Of a DNA stretch of 64,000 nucleotides, positions 20,454 through 30,611 are shown one piece after another; within the stretch, counting starts at the first letter, position 1; each line of letters begins with the position of its first letter. The position numbers were made by a program, and so were the translations under genes. The notes below the pieces were generated by a model. The model made no database searches and was not told where the DNA came from. It saw only the letters and a list, made by a program, of their open reading frames with translations. Source of the stretch: an uncultured Bacteroidota bacterium (GTDB lineage: Bacteria; Bacteroidota; Rhodothermia; Rhodothermales; DATKEJ01); assembly GCA_963768715.1 (NCBI GenBank), contig CAVYJC010000008.1, forward strand, positions 19,831 to 83,830. Reading direction: 5' to 3'.

Positions 20454-21844
20454 GTGCCGGTCAGCGATTTCGTAAAGTCGCTGATCTTCTGCTCGATCTC
20501 CTCCCATTCCCCCTCCGGTGTGGAACCCTCGACGATCCCCGCGCCGGCGTAGAGTGAGATTCGATTGCGTTCCACGAGGGCGCTCCGGATTCCGACGGCG
20601 AATTCCGACGCGTTGGCTCCGATCCATCCAACAGGACCTGCATACCAGCCCCGATCGAAGGGTTCGTGATGGGCGATGGCTTCCATCGCAACCTTCGTCG
20701 GCACGCCGCCCACGGCGGGCGTCGGATGCAGCGCGCGCATCAAGTCCGCATCCGAGACTTTGTCGGAGAGCATCCCCCACATGCTGGAGAAGAGATGCAT
20801 CCTTCGCGTCAGGAGCATGATCGACACCTCCTCATCCTGTTGGAAAGAAGTGCAGAGGGGCGCCATAGATGCCGCCACCGACTGGCGAACATAGTTGTGC
20901 TCGCGTCGGTCCTTTTCGCTTCGAAGCAACTGATCGATCAGGGCAGCATCGCCACTTGTCGTTTCGCCGCGTGGCCGCGTTCCGGCCACCGCTTCGGTAG
21001 CGATGTAGCGGCCCGACCGGGAAAGCAGGCGCTCAGGAGTCGCTCCGATGAAGGCGACGCCCCGTTCGGGCTGGAAGAGGAAATGATAGCAGTCACTCGT
21101 GATAGGGCGAATTCTGTCCAGAAGCAGGACCGGATCGAGTCGACTCGCAAAGGAGAGGATCGTCTTTCGCGCGAGAACGATCTTCTCGAGACGCTGCTCG
21201 TCAAAAGCACGAAGCGACCAATTTATGGACGATTCCCAGTGCTCGCGGTCGGGAATGTCCTCCCGCGAAAGGGGCATGTCGCCCGAGCCATCGAGGTTTG
21301 CCGCGACACCGGCGGAAAGCTCAGACAACTCGCGAAGTACGTCAGAAATTCTGTCCGAGTCTTCAGGAAACGCCAGATTGCATATGAGCCGGGTCGCATC
21401 ACCCTGACGCTGCAACTCGAACCGTGGCAGCCAGAAGCGGTATGCGCTGAATGGAGCCCACTCACGTGATACTTCGTGGTATCGGTCGAACCGAATACCG
21501 CCGAAGTAGCGAAGGTCGCCGGGGCCGGATCCAATCGACGAACGCAGTCTTTGAAGCACGGCGTTGTAGTCGATCGGGGCCTCTTTTGACACTGTGTCGG
21601 CATATCCGACACCAGCCACTTCGAGTCCGTCGTTGCGCCCCGCCCAGTAGATGCGGACGTCGGAGGCCTGCTGCTGCAGCCATACCAGGGGATCGATGTT
21701 AGGATGCGGCAGGCCGATGCGTACCAGCTGGGCCACGTCACCAGACCGTCCGTCTGTGCGGTGTGATGCCGCCGCGTCAACGATTTGCCTGCCCAATTCG
21801 GCGTGGACGTCGGTGACTGGGGCTGTTGTTAAGGAGCTTCGCAC
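20450..21844 (-). CDS. menF: isochorismate synthase
   Basis: Chorismate-binding C-terminal domain (GATPERLL, HPTPAVGG, YAGPVGW, GAGIV.GS.PE.E). Confidence 0.85.
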   Translation of the reverse strand: MRSSLTTAPVTDVHAELGRQIVDAAASHRTDGRSGDVAQLVRIGLPHPNIDPLVWLQQQASDVRIYWAGRNDGLEVAGVGYADTVSKEAPIDYNAVLQRLRSSIGSGPGDLRYFGGIRFDRYHEVSREWAPFSAYRFWLPRFELQRQGDATRLICNLAFPEDSDRISDVLRELSELSAGVAANLDGSGDMPLSREDIPDREHWESSINWSLRAFDEQRLEKIVLARKTILSFASRLDPVLLLDRIRPITSDCYHFLFQPERGVAFIGATPERLLSRSGRYIATEAVAGTRPRGETTSGDAALIDQLLRSEKDRREHNYVRQSVAASMAPLCTSFQQDEEVSIMLLTRRMHLFSSMWGMLSDKVSDADLMRALHPTPAVGGVPTKVAMEAIAHHEPFDRGWYAGPVGWIGANASEFAVGIRSALVERNRISLYAGAGIVEGSTPEGEWEEIEQKISDFTKSLTGT

Positions 21845-21975
21845 GAGTTCGTTTCGTACGGTTTGTCTCAGTCGGCGGATGCGGCGCTTTCGTAGGAGAC
21901 GACCGTTTTTTCAGTCGCCGGAGAATCTACCGAGCGCGCCGGAGTTTTCAAAAATGGTATCGTGGAACGTTGCAC

Positions 21976-22024
21976 GGTACGTGGTACGTGGTACGTGGTA
22001 CGTGGTACTTGGTACTTGGTACTT
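21976..22024. repeat. heptanucleotide tandem array (GGTACGT)4(GGTACTT)3
   Basis: Counted directly. Lies in the 252-nt divergent region between the menF start (21844, minus strand) and ORF 22097 (plus strand). Confidence 0.95.
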
Positions 22025-22096
22025 GAGTTGCCCGTCGTAGCTGCCGTATCCGAAGTTGTGCTCGTTCTTTAACTTGATCGTAAACCTCATCGTTTC

Positions 22097-22727
22097 ATGA
22101 GCCGGTCGGGCCCTCAAGAACAATTCTTCCTCGATACTCCGCGCGGGATTCTGTCACGCGGCGGATTAATGTTTCATACGACCGTTTCCGATCTCGAGCG
22201 TCTATACGGCAAGGTGCTGGAAAAAGTGACGCTTGAGGACTTGATTGATCGAGCCGAGTTGTGGCTTACCTCGCATCGTGTGATCACGCTCTGGGTCCTT
22301 ATCCCGCTGCTGGTCTTCCTGCCCGTTTCCCTGGCGTGCATCCTGGGTCTGGTCTGTTTCATCGGGTGGAAAACGGTCGCGCCGGCTTTAGGTAATGCCG
22401 GCCTCGAGGCGCCGCTGCGGGTGCTGTCCAGCGTCGCGGCTCAACTCATTGGATACGTCGTTGCGATGAGTTGGCTGGGCGCGATGGGTGACCATGCGGC
22501 CTTGATCGCGGGACTCGCAGCCTTCGCCGCTGATACGGTGGCAGCTGCTCGACTACGCCCTGAATCCACTCACGGCATTCTTACATAGAAAACTTTACCC
22601 CCTTCCCGTTGCCGATCAGATGCTGCGTGCCGTAATTCATGCTGCGGCGCTCAAGCACAAGATCAAGCTGTCCCAGTTTCCAAGAATCAGCAGATGGATG
22701 CCGGAAGACGAAGAGGACGCGAATTGA
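22097..22727 (+). pseudogene. hypothetical membrane protein, C-terminus in a different frame
   Basis: ORF 22097..22588 has hydrophobic helices. A second frame stays open from about 22520 to TGA 22725-22727 and reads a protein-like tail (IRWQLLDYALNPLTAFLHRKLYPLPVADQMLRAVIHAAALKHKIKLSQFPRISRW). The start is uncertain (ATG 22170 is also possible). Confidence 0.45.
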
Positions 22728-23335
22728 TGGACGCTCACGACCCCAGGCCGCCAATGGCGCCCACGTTTGTACTCGTCGCGTTCCTCTTGTCCGCCGGCGG
22801 ACTCCTGTCGTCGTGTACCTACAGCGCAGACATTCCCACAGGCCAACTCGAACAGGCCCAGCGACCGGCCCTTCAGGAGGGATGGTCCGTAGCGTTGAAC
22901 ATTTCAGAGGCGGGTATGCCGCGCATCAGGATTGCTGCCTGGCACATGGAACGATACGATGACCCGGACAGCCTGTTCACGCTCTTGGACCGCAACGCCG
23001 ACGTAGCCGACGATCGTGTTCACGCCACAATCTTCGATTCGACGGGTGCACAGAGCGCTGAACTTGTTGCGGAGTCGGTTCGGTTCGACGAGGATGGCGA
23101 GAGACTGATTGCAACGGGGGATGTGCGCGTTCATTCCTCTTCGGGCAGACTGCTGCAGGCTGAAGAGCTCCACTGGGATCAGGCCAAGCGCAGGATAAAC
23201 GTGCCGGGATTTGTCTATCTCGAGACGGAAGACGAAAAGATTCGCGGGTTTGATCTGGATGCAGTTGAGGACTTGTCGGACTACGTTATTCGACGAATCA
23301 CGGGCACCGTCGTCATACGTGAGGAGAAGGAGTGA
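22727..23335 (+). CDS. lptC: LptC-like LPS export periplasmic lipoprotein
   Basis: ATG 22727 overlaps the upstream TGA (TGATG). Lipoprotein-type signal LLSAGGLLSSC. OstA/LptC-like beta-jellyroll pattern. Sits upstream of ostA-like and lptB genes. Confidence 0.5.
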   Translation: MDAHDPRPPMAPTFVLVAFLLSAGGLLSSCTYSADIPTGQLEQAQRPALQEGWSVALNISEAGMPRIRIAAWHMERYDDPDSLFTLLDRNADVADDRVHATIFDSTGAQSAELVAESVRFDEDGERLIATGDVRVHSSSGRLLQAEELHWDQAKRRINVPGFVYLETEDEKIRGFDLDAVEDLSDYVIRRITGTVVIREEKE

Positions 23336-24774
23336 AGCCTCGGATGAGAGAGAGTGTTGTCGTTTTCGTCCTCATGCTCGCTGCGGTCTCTCGCGTATGG
23401 GCGCAGGCGGAAAACGATTCCGGCGGTACCGAGCGGATCGTTGAAATCCTCAATGCCGATTCAGCCCGCTCGACTACGGTCGACGGGGAGCCGGCCGACA
23501 TCCTGACCGGCAACGTAGGTATCAGGCAGGGACAAACATTGTTGAATGCGGATCGCGCCATCCGCTTCAAGAAGAAGGATCAGATCATATTCGAAGGGGC
23601 CGTTACGATTATCGATGAAGGGGACAGTCTCTTCGCCGATCGAGTGGTCTACGAGAGTGATGTAAAAACCGGCATTGGCACGGGCGACGTAAGATGGTCC
23701 GACGGAGAGGTGGCCATCACCGCGTCGCAGGCGAAATACTTTCTGGACGACAAGGTGGCCGAGTTCGAAGAGGATGTCGTCATGCAGGATTCCACCACGA
23801 CCGTCCTCAGCCTTTACGGCACCTACGATGTTGACAGCCGGATTGCCAGGTTCCACGACGATGTATATCTGGAGCAGCGACGCCTGGCGCTGACCGCCGA
23901 CGCATTGACGCACGAGCGCGAGTCGGGGTTAACGACAGCTGCGGGCAACGTCTGGATATATCACATGACGGATCCGAACACAGACGAACAGGACGCGCGT
24001 GTCCTGCTCGTGGCCGACACGGCCAGCAGTGAGCGCGACACCGGCATCAACCGGCTGCACGGGCAGGCCGGCCTGGTACGCATCGAACCGGGCACTCCAG
24101 ACGCCGATACCCTCGTCGTGCGCTCGGCGGCAGTCGTCGTCGAGTTCGCTGACTCCACGGATGCATTTGATGCTAATACGGACGTTCGCTTCTGGAGCGG
24201 AAACCTCGCGGGTCGAGCAGACTCGCTCAGCTACACCAGCGTGTCCGACAGTTCGGAGCGCGTCTCGAACATTCGTATGCTCGGTGACCCGTTCGTGTGG
24301 AACTCGAAGGCTCAGGTCAACGGCGACACCGTCGACGTTCGGGCCGAGGATGGTAGAGCGCACAGCCTCGAGGCCTATGAGAATGCATACGTGGGATTTC
24401 AGGACTCGACCCACGATTTCGTACAGCAGCTCAAAGGACGTCGGCTCGAAGCCTTCTTCCGCGATGATTCGCTCCGCAACCTGACTGTCAGGCCGAATGC
24501 GGAGGCGCTTTACTTTGCGGTCGATTCCACGTCGGAGAACAAGCTTTCAGCCCTGCGGTTCACGTCGACGCGGATTACGCTACGATTCGCCCGCGGCGAC
24601 ATCGACCGTATTACGGCATCGAAGGACGTCGAAGGCGACATGAAGGAACTCGAAGAAGGAGCGACACCGCCGACGCTCCAGGGATTTCGCTGGCGAGCCG
24701 CCGAACGACCTCGACGCGAAGAGCTCCTCGACGCCAACATACTGGCTGCATTAAAGCGTTTTGAGGCTTTCTGA
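23332..24774 (+). CDS. OstA/LptA-family periplasmic protein (extended, 480 aa)
   Basis: Signal peptide followed by repeated OstA-like segments ([19 protein letters not shown].., [14 protein letters not shown]..). Start overlaps the lptC stop. lptB follows. Confidence 0.5.
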   Translation: MKPRMRESVVVFVLMLAAVSRVWAQAENDSGGTERIVEILNADSARSTTVDGEPADILTGNVGIRQGQTLLNADRAIRFKKKDQIIFEGAVTIIDEGDSLFADRVVYESDVKTGIGTGDVRWSDGEVAITASQAKYFLDDKVAEFEEDVVMQDSTTTVLSLYGTYDVDSRIARFHDDVYLEQRRLALTADALTHERESGLTTAAGNVWIYHMTDPNTDEQDARVLLVADTASSERDTGINRLHGQAGLVRIEPGTPDADTLVVRSAAVVVEFADSTDAFDANTDVRFWSGNLAGRADSLSYTSVSDSSERVSNIRMLGDPFVWNSKAQVNGDTVDVRAEDGRAHSLEAYENAYVGFQDSTHDFVQQLKGRRLEAFFRDDSLRNLTVRPNAEALYFAVDSTSENKLSALRFTSTRITLRFARGDIDRITASKDVEGDMKELEEGATPPTLQGFRWRAAERPRREELLDANILAALKRFEAF

Positions 24775-24844
24775 CCGGACCCAGTCCCGGGGAATTGCTA
24801 CCTTGAAGGCTGTCGCAGTATTTCGCATCGATCACCACAGGAAT

Positions 24845-25573
24845 ATGGAGCTTCGAGCAGAGGGACTCGTCAAACGATATCGGAAGCGCGCCGTGGTGAA
24901 TGACGTCCATTTGCACGTCAACACCGGTGAAATCGTGGGTTTGCTTGGGCCGAATGGCGCCGGCAAGACCACGACGTTCTACATGGTCGTCGGCATGATT
25001 CGTCCCGAAGCAGGGCGAATCTTTCTTGATGGCGAGGACATCACGGGGCTCCCCATGTACGAGAGATCCCGTAAAGGAATTGGTTATCTGGCCCAGGAAG
25101 CCTCGGTATTTCGGGAATTGACGGTCGAGGACAACATCTCTGCCGTCCTCGAGTTCAGATCGATGGCGAAAGCGGATCGTGTCCGCCGGGTCGACGAGCT
25201 CGTTGAGGAATTGGGTTTGGCGCGCGTCCGGAAATCGAAAGGCTACATGCTTTCGGGCGGTGAAAGACGACGCTGCGAAATCGCGCGGTGTCTCGCCATC
25301 CAGCCAAGATTCATTCTGCTCGACGAACCCTTTGCCGGAATCGATCCCATCGCCGTCGAAGACGTCCAGGAGATTGTCGGGCAGTTGAAGGAACGCGGCA
25401 TCGGCGTGCTCGTAACCGACCATAACGTGCACGAAACGATGGCGATCACGGATCGAGCGTATCTCCTATTTGAAGGTCGTATTATGACCCACGGGACCGC
25501 GGAGGCACTTGCCAACGACCCGGAGGTCAGAAAAAGATACCTGGGAGAAAAGTTCAGCCTGGAACGTTATTGA
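24845..25573 (+). CDS. lptB: LPS export ABC transporter ATP-binding protein
   Basis: ATG 24845 ([12 protein letters not shown]). Walker [10 protein letters not shown], signature LSGGERRR, Walker [13 protein letters not shown], LptB-type C-terminus. Confidence 0.9.
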   Translation: MELRAEGLVKRYRKRAVVNDVHLHVNTGEIVGLLGPNGAGKTTTFYMVVGMIRPEAGRIFLDGEDITGLPMYERSRKGIGYLAQEASVFRELTVEDNISAVLEFRSMAKADRVRRVDELVEELGLARVRKSKGYMLSGGERRRCEIARCLAIQPRFILLDEPFAGIDPIAVEDVQEIVGQLKERGIGVLVTDHNVHETMAITDRAYLLFEGRIMTHGTAEALANDPEVRKRYLGEKFSLERY

Positions 25574-25658
25574 GCGTCGCGCTTTGGAGCGCAGCGTAAT
25601 TGTCCCCGTGCGGGGAGTGTCCTAAATTCAACGTTTTAAGAAAGAAACGACGAGGAAC

Positions 25659-26696
25659 ATGGTCGTTGTAATGCATCCGGGCGTCAGCGAGGCGGAAATT
25701 GAGTCCGTCATCGACCGACTGAACGAGTACGGATTTGACGTACATCGATCGAGTGGCGTGAACCAGACGGTACTCGGTGCGATCGGGGTCAAGCCCGAAT
25801 TTGACATCCGCAACATTAAAGTGCTGGCGGGGGTCTCCGACGTATTTCGGGTGACCGAGCCGTACAAATTTGCCAGCCGAGCCTGGAAGTCGGAGAAGAC
25901 AGTCGTCGACGTAGGAGGGGTCACGATCGGACAGGACGCCCTCGTCGTAATGGCGGGCCCTTGCGCTGTCGAAAGCGAGGAGCAGATGGAGGAAACGGCG
26001 GCCTACGTCGCTTCGCATGGCGCTACGTTCTTGCGCGGCGGCGCCTTCAAGCCTCGATCATCTCCCTATTCATTCCAGGGACTGGGCGAAGAGGGCCTGC
26101 GTATCATGCGCGACGCCGCCAGCCGGCACGGACTGCGCGTGGTTACGGAAATTATCGAGCCGGGGCAGATTGACATGGTCATTCAGTATGCCGACGTGCT
26201 CCAAATCGGCGCCAGGAACATGCAGAACTACGCGCTGCTCAAGGAACTCGGGAAGACGGAAAAACCCATGCTCCTGAAGCGCGGCATGTCGGCCACGATC
26301 GAAGAGTGGCTGATGAGCGCCGAATACCTGATGTCGAATGGCAACCCGAACGTTGTCTTGTGCGAACGTGGCATCAGAACCTTTGAGAACTACACCAGGA
26401 ATACGCTCGATCTTTCGGCCGTTCCGGTCGTCCAGCAGCGAAGCCATCTCCCGATTATTGTGGATCCGAGCCATGGGACCGGGTTGCGGGACAAGGTGAT
26501 CCCAATGGCGCGAGCCGGGATTGCGGCAGGCGCCGACGGACTCATGGTGGAGGTTCATCCGAATCCGGCAGAAGCATTGAGCGACGGACCGCAATCGCTG
26601 TTCCTCGATCAGTTTGGCGAGCTGATGAAGCAGATTCGCCTCATCGCCGAAGCCATTGGAAGGACTGTTCAGGAGCCAGGCACAATTGCCGTTTGA
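25659..26696 (+). CDS. aroF: 3-deoxy-7-phosphoheptulonate (DAHP) synthase, type I-beta, with N-terminal ferredoxin-like regulatory domain
   Basis: AGPCAVESEEQ, LRGGAFKPRSSPYSFQG, IGARNMQN and DPSH motifs. A regulatory-type domain of about 70 aa sits at the N-terminus. Confidence 0.85.
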   Translation: MVVVMHPGVSEAEIESVIDRLNEYGFDVHRSSGVNQTVLGAIGVKPEFDIRNIKVLAGVSDVFRVTEPYKFASRAWKSEKTVVDVGGVTIGQDALVVMAGPCAVESEEQMEETAAYVASHGATFLRGGAFKPRSSPYSFQGLGEEGLRIMRDAASRHGLRVVTEIIEPGQIDMVIQYADVLQIGARNMQNYALLKELGKTEKPMLLKRGMSATIEEWLMSAEYLMSNGNPNVVLCERGIRTFENYTRNTLDLSAVPVVQQRSHLPIIVDPSHGTGLRDKVIPMARAGIAAGADGLMVEVHPNPAEALSDGPQSLFLDQFGELMKQIRLIAEAIGRTVQEPGTIAV

Positions 26697-26760
26697 CCGC
26701 GTTGTGACCGCGGTGAATTCTATCGGCTTGATGGGCTATCTGAGGGCGTGAGGGAATAGT

Positions 26761-28593
26761 ATGTGCGGCATTGTTGGCTACGTCGGCACCAGACAGGCAG
26801 ATGCAGTACTGCTTGCAGGCCTCAAGCGTCTCGAGTATCGAGGCTACGACTCAGCGGGCATTGCCGTCGTGGATGGCGGCCTCGAGTGCGTCAAGAAGCA
26901 GGGCAAGGTTGCCGATCTCGTCGCGCTTCTCGATGGGGGACTGAAAGGCGTCGTCGGCATCGGGCATACGAGGTGGGCGACGCACGGTGTCCCGAATGAC
27001 GTGAATGCACACCCGCATCTATCCTCCGATGGGCGATTTGCCCTCGTCCACAACGGGATCATCGAGAACTACGTCTCACTCCGTGAACGACTGATCCAGT
27101 CAGGCTACAAATTTCGGAGCCAGACCGATACAGAAGTTCTCGTCCATCTCATCCACGAGGTGGCCACGCAGACGGGACTCACACTTGTTGAGGCGGTGCG
27201 TCAGGCCCTGACGCAGGTGATCGGCACCTACGGCATTGCCGTTGTCTCGGCGGATGAGCCGGATATGGTAATCGCGGCCCGGAGCGGGAGTCCACTGATT
27301 CTTGGTGTCGGAGACGGCGAGTACTTTGTTGCGTCCGATGCCTCCGCAATCGTCGAACACACGAATCAGGTCGTCTACCTCAACGATGGAGAAATGGTCG
27401 TCATCAGGCCGACCGGGTTCGAGGTCACGACCATCGACAATGTCATCCTCGACAAGGAGACGCATCGTCTGGAATGGGATCTTGAGCGAATTGAAAAGGG
27501 CGGCTACGAGCATTTTATGCTCAAGGAGATCATGGAGCAGCCCGATGCTATTCGGGACTGCCTTCGCGGGCGCATCAGATCTGAGGATGCGACGATCAAA
27601 TTGGGCGGGCTTATCGACGTGCTGGATCGGTTCAAAGACGCGCGGCGCATCCTTATCTGTGCATGCGGCACGTCCTGGCATGCCGGTCTGGTCGGCGAGT
27701 ACCTTTTCGAAGAATTTGCTCGCATCCCTACGGAGGTCGAGTACGCGTCGGAGTTCCGGTATCGTAACCCGATCGTCTATTCCGATGACATCGTAATCGT
27801 GATTTCCCAGAGCGGGGAAACCGCCGATACACTCGCTGCGGTTCGTGAGGCCAAATCGAAAGGCGCCTTGGTGCTCGGCGTTTGCAATGTCGTGGGCTCC
27901 ACGATTGCCAGGGAGACCGACGCCGGAGTCTATCTGCACGCAGGCCCGGAGGTCGGCGTCGCCTCGACAAAAGCTTTCACGGCCCAGGTTGCGGTCCTCG
28001 TCATGATGGCGCTGACGGCGGCAAAAGAGCGAGGGACGATGTCTGAGGCGGAGATTGCTGCGATCCTACGCGAGCTGGAGGAGATCCCCGATAAGATTAC
28101 GTTGGTGCTCGAGACTGACGACAAAATTCTGCAGTTGGCCAAAATCAACCGCCTGGCTTCCAACTTTCTTTACATGGGTCGAGGATACAACTTTCCCGTG
28201 GCGCTGGAAGGAGCCCTGAAACTCAAGGAAATCTCCTATGTGCATGCCGAAGGATATCCTGCAGCGGAGATGAAACATGGTCCCATTGCACTCATCGACC
28301 GGTTGATGTCCGTGGTCGTAATCGCGATGAAGGACTCGACATATCCGAAGGTCGTCAGCAATATCGAAGAAGTTCGCGCCCGCGGAGGGCTCGTTTTGGC
28401 GATCACCGATCACGAAAACCACGAACTCGACGATTTGTGCGAGTTCGTGCTTCGCGTCCCGCCAACGGCAGCCTGCCTTGCGCCTCTCCTGACCGTGGTT
28501 CCGCTCCAGCTTCTTGCGTACCATATGGCGGTATTGCGCGGTTGTGACGTCGACCAGCCTCGCAATCTGGCGAAGAGTGTCACTGTCGAATGA
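26761..28593 (+). CDS. glmS: glutamine--fructose-6-phosphate aminotransferase (isomerising)
   Basis: Starts MCGIVGYVG. Two SIS domains. Ends KSVTVE. Confidence 0.97.
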   Translation: MCGIVGYVGTRQADAVLLAGLKRLEYRGYDSAGIAVVDGGLECVKKQGKVADLVALLDGGLKGVVGIGHTRWATHGVPNDVNAHPHLSSDGRFALVHNGIIENYVSLRERLIQSGYKFRSQTDTEVLVHLIHEVATQTGLTLVEAVRQALTQVIGTYGIAVVSADEPDMVIAARSGSPLILGVGDGEYFVASDASAIVEHTNQVVYLNDGEMVVIRPTGFEVTTIDNVILDKETHRLEWDLERIEKGGYEHFMLKEIMEQPDAIRDCLRGRIRSEDATIKLGGLIDVLDRFKDARRILICACGTSWHAGLVGEYLFEEFARIPTEVEYASEFRYRNPIVYSDDIVIVISQSGETADTLAAVREAKSKGALVLGVCNVVGSTIARETDAGVYLHAGPEVGVASTKAFTAQVAVLVMMALTAAKERGTMSEAEIAAILRELEEIPDKITLVLETDDKILQLAKINRLASNFLYMGRGYNFPVALEGALKLKEISYVHAEGYPAAEMKHGPIALIDRLMSVVVIAMKDSTYPKVVSNIEEVRARGGLVLAITDHENHELDDLCEFVLRVPPTAACLAPLLTVVPLQLLAYHMAVLRGCDVDQPRNLAKSVTVE

Positions 28594-28630
28594 CGGTGCG
28601 CCGCCTTTCGTTGAGCAAGTTTGGATCAAG

Positions 28631-29731
28631 ATGTTAAGTGAGTCACACCTGAAGGAGATCCGGCAGCATTTCGCCGAGCTGACCGCGGTGATGGCCCGCC
28701 CGGAGATCGCTACCGACCCCACGCGCATGGCGGAGTTGGGAAGGGAGCACGCGCGTCTCGAGCCGGTCATCGGATCGGTCGAACGATACCTCGGTCTCGT
28801 TTCCGAGCTCGAAGATCTTCGCAGCATGCGCGATACGGAGGATGCTGAATTGGTCGAGCTCGTGGCCGATGACATCGAACGCGTGGAATCCGAGCTCGAA
28901 GATCTCGAAGATCGCCTGGAAATACTGCTGCTGCCTACTGATCCGCTCGACGAAAAGAACGCAATCGTGGAGATTCGGGCGGGAACCGGCGGCGACGAGG
29001 CAAGCCTTTTCGCGGGCGATCTGTATCGTCTGTATTTGCGGTTCGGTGAAGCCAACGGATGGAAACTGGAGGTCCTGTCCAGCTCTCCGGGCACTCAGGG
29101 AGGATTCAAAGAGATCATCTTCGGACTTGCGGGAACGGGAGTATTTGGATCCATGAAATATGAAAGCGGCGTCCACCGCGTGCAGCGCGTTCCAGCGACC
29201 GAATCGAGTGGGCGCATCCATACGTCGGCGGCGACCGTGGCGGTGCTTCCCGAAGCGGCACAGGTCGACGTGAACATCAGTGCCGAAGATCTCGAGATTG
29301 ACGTCTATCGCTCCAGTGGTCCGGGCGGCCAGAGCGTAAACACGACCGACTCCGCCGTTCGCATCACCCATATTCCCTCGGGACTCGTCGTCACGTGCCA
29401 GGACGAGAAGAGCCAGTTGAAGAACAAGGACAAGGCGATGCGCGTGTTGCGTGCGCGGCTCTTCGAAATGGAACAGTCGAAGCTCGACGCAGAGCGAAGC
29501 GAAGCTCGTCGATCGATGGTGGGATCAGGCGATCGTTCGGCCAAGATCCGAACTTACAACTGGCCCCAGGGGCGAGTGACCGATCATCGACTCGAAGGCG
29601 ATGACAAGAACCATGCGCTCCAGAGGATCATCGACGGTGACCTGTCCGATATCCACCGGGCGCTCAAGCTGGCGGAAAACGCAAGAAGGCTGGCCGGAGA
29701 AGAATACCAAACGGCAAACAGCAAACAGTAA
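28631..29731 (+). CDS. prfA: peptide chain release factor 1
   Basis: ATG 28631. PAT tripeptide (VQRVPATESSGRIHTS) identifies RF1. GGQ motif (SGPGGQSVNTTDSAV). Confidence 0.95.
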   Translation: MLSESHLKEIRQHFAELTAVMARPEIATDPTRMAELGREHARLEPVIGSVERYLGLVSELEDLRSMRDTEDAELVELVADDIERVESELEDLEDRLEILLLPTDPLDEKNAIVEIRAGTGGDEASLFAGDLYRLYLRFGEANGWKLEVLSSSPGTQGGFKEIIFGLAGTGVFGSMKYESGVHRVQRVPATESSGRIHTSAATVAVLPEAAQVDVNISAEDLEIDVYRSSGPGGQSVNTTDSAVRITHIPSGLVVTCQDEKSQLKNKDKAMRVLRARLFEMEQSKLDAERSEARRSMVGSGDRSAKIRTYNWPQGRVTDHRLEGDDKNHALQRIIDGDLSDIHRALKLAENARRLAGEEYQTANSKQ

Positions 29732-29859
29732 ACTTGAGCCCGGACAGATATTTTCTGTTTCAGGTTTCAAGTTTGAATCATATCTTACTAAGCTTTAATG
29801 ACCCTGCCCCAAGCGGTCCATATTGGGGCTTCATAAACTGGAATCCACAGGGAGGACCT

Positions 29860-30237
29860 ATGGCTACAGAAGCTAAGCCACTCTACGAATTCATGTACGT
29901 CCTCGACGGTGTCTTAAGCGAAGACCAGATCGAGGAACTCGTCGGACGCATATCCAAGTACATCACCGAGAACGGTGGAGAAATTGTCGAGACCGACGAT
30001 TGGGGGATGCGTCAGTTGGCCTATCCGATAGATAATCGGAAGAACGGCTATTACGTGAATATGCACTTCAGTGCTCCACCCGACTTGCCTGCCAAGCTCG
30101 AGAGGACGCTGCGAATCGAGGAGCGTGTTCTGAGGTTCATGGTGCTTCGGCTCGACGCCAAAATGAAGCGGCATTTCGCCGGTCGCCATGAGCGCGCCGC
30201 GAACAAGGCCGCGGCTGCCGAAGCCTCGGACGCGTAA
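29860..30237 (+). CDS. rpsF: 30S ribosomal protein S6
   Basis: ATG 29860 preceded by GGAGGA at 29851-29856. YEFMYVL...WGMRQLAYPI is the S6 signature. Confidence 0.93.
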   Translation: MATEAKPLYEFMYVLDGVLSEDQIEELVGRISKYITENGGEIVETDDWGMRQLAYPIDNRKNGYYVNMHFSAPPDLPAKLERTLRIEERVLRFMVLRLDAKMKRHFAGRHERAANKAAAAEASDA

Positions 30238-30273
30238 GTGAATACTGGCCGTAAACTTTGAATTGTTAATACC

Positions 30274-30564
30274 ATGGCATACAGCCGATCAAAACAGCGA
30301 AACCAGAGAAAGCCTCTCGTGCGCAATGTCACGCCTGCAAGCCAGCGGCGTGAGAAGGGCAAGTGCGATTTATGCGAAGCCGGGGTCGAATACAGCGACT
30401 ACAAAAATACAGACCAGCTTCAGCGATACCTGAACGATCAGGGTAAAATGCTGCCGAGGCGCATCACGGGCGCTTGCGCGAAGCACCAGCGTCAATTGAC
30501 GCGTTCGGTGAAGCGTGCTCGTCACATGGCATTGATTCCATTCGTCGCGGACAACCTCCGATAG
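30274..30564 (+). CDS. rpsR: 30S ribosomal protein S18
   Basis: 96 aa. DYKNTDQLQRYLNDQGKMLPRRITG..AKHQRQLTRSVKRARHMALIPF. Confidence 0.95.
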   Translation: MAYSRSKQRNQRKPLVRNVTPASQRREKGKCDLCEAGVEYSDYKNTDQLQRYLNDQGKMLPRRITGACAKHQRQLTRSVKRARHMALIPFVADNLR

Positions 30565-30611
30565 GCGGTTTCGAACGAAGAACCAGGGGTTTCCCCGCTT
30601 TCGACTGAGAC

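Noticed and set aside
26697-26760. glmS ribozyme upstream of glmS
   Set aside because: Only 64 nt separate aroF and glmS, which is too short for the ribozyme core. The ribozyme is also characteristic of Gram-positive lineages.
28514-29731. Release factor with programmed +1 frameshift (RF2-type)
   Set aside because: The protein has the RF1 PAT tripeptide, not SPF, and reads as a single uninterrupted frame from ATG 28631. The upstream extension of the track ORF overlaps the glmS 3' end and is not needed.
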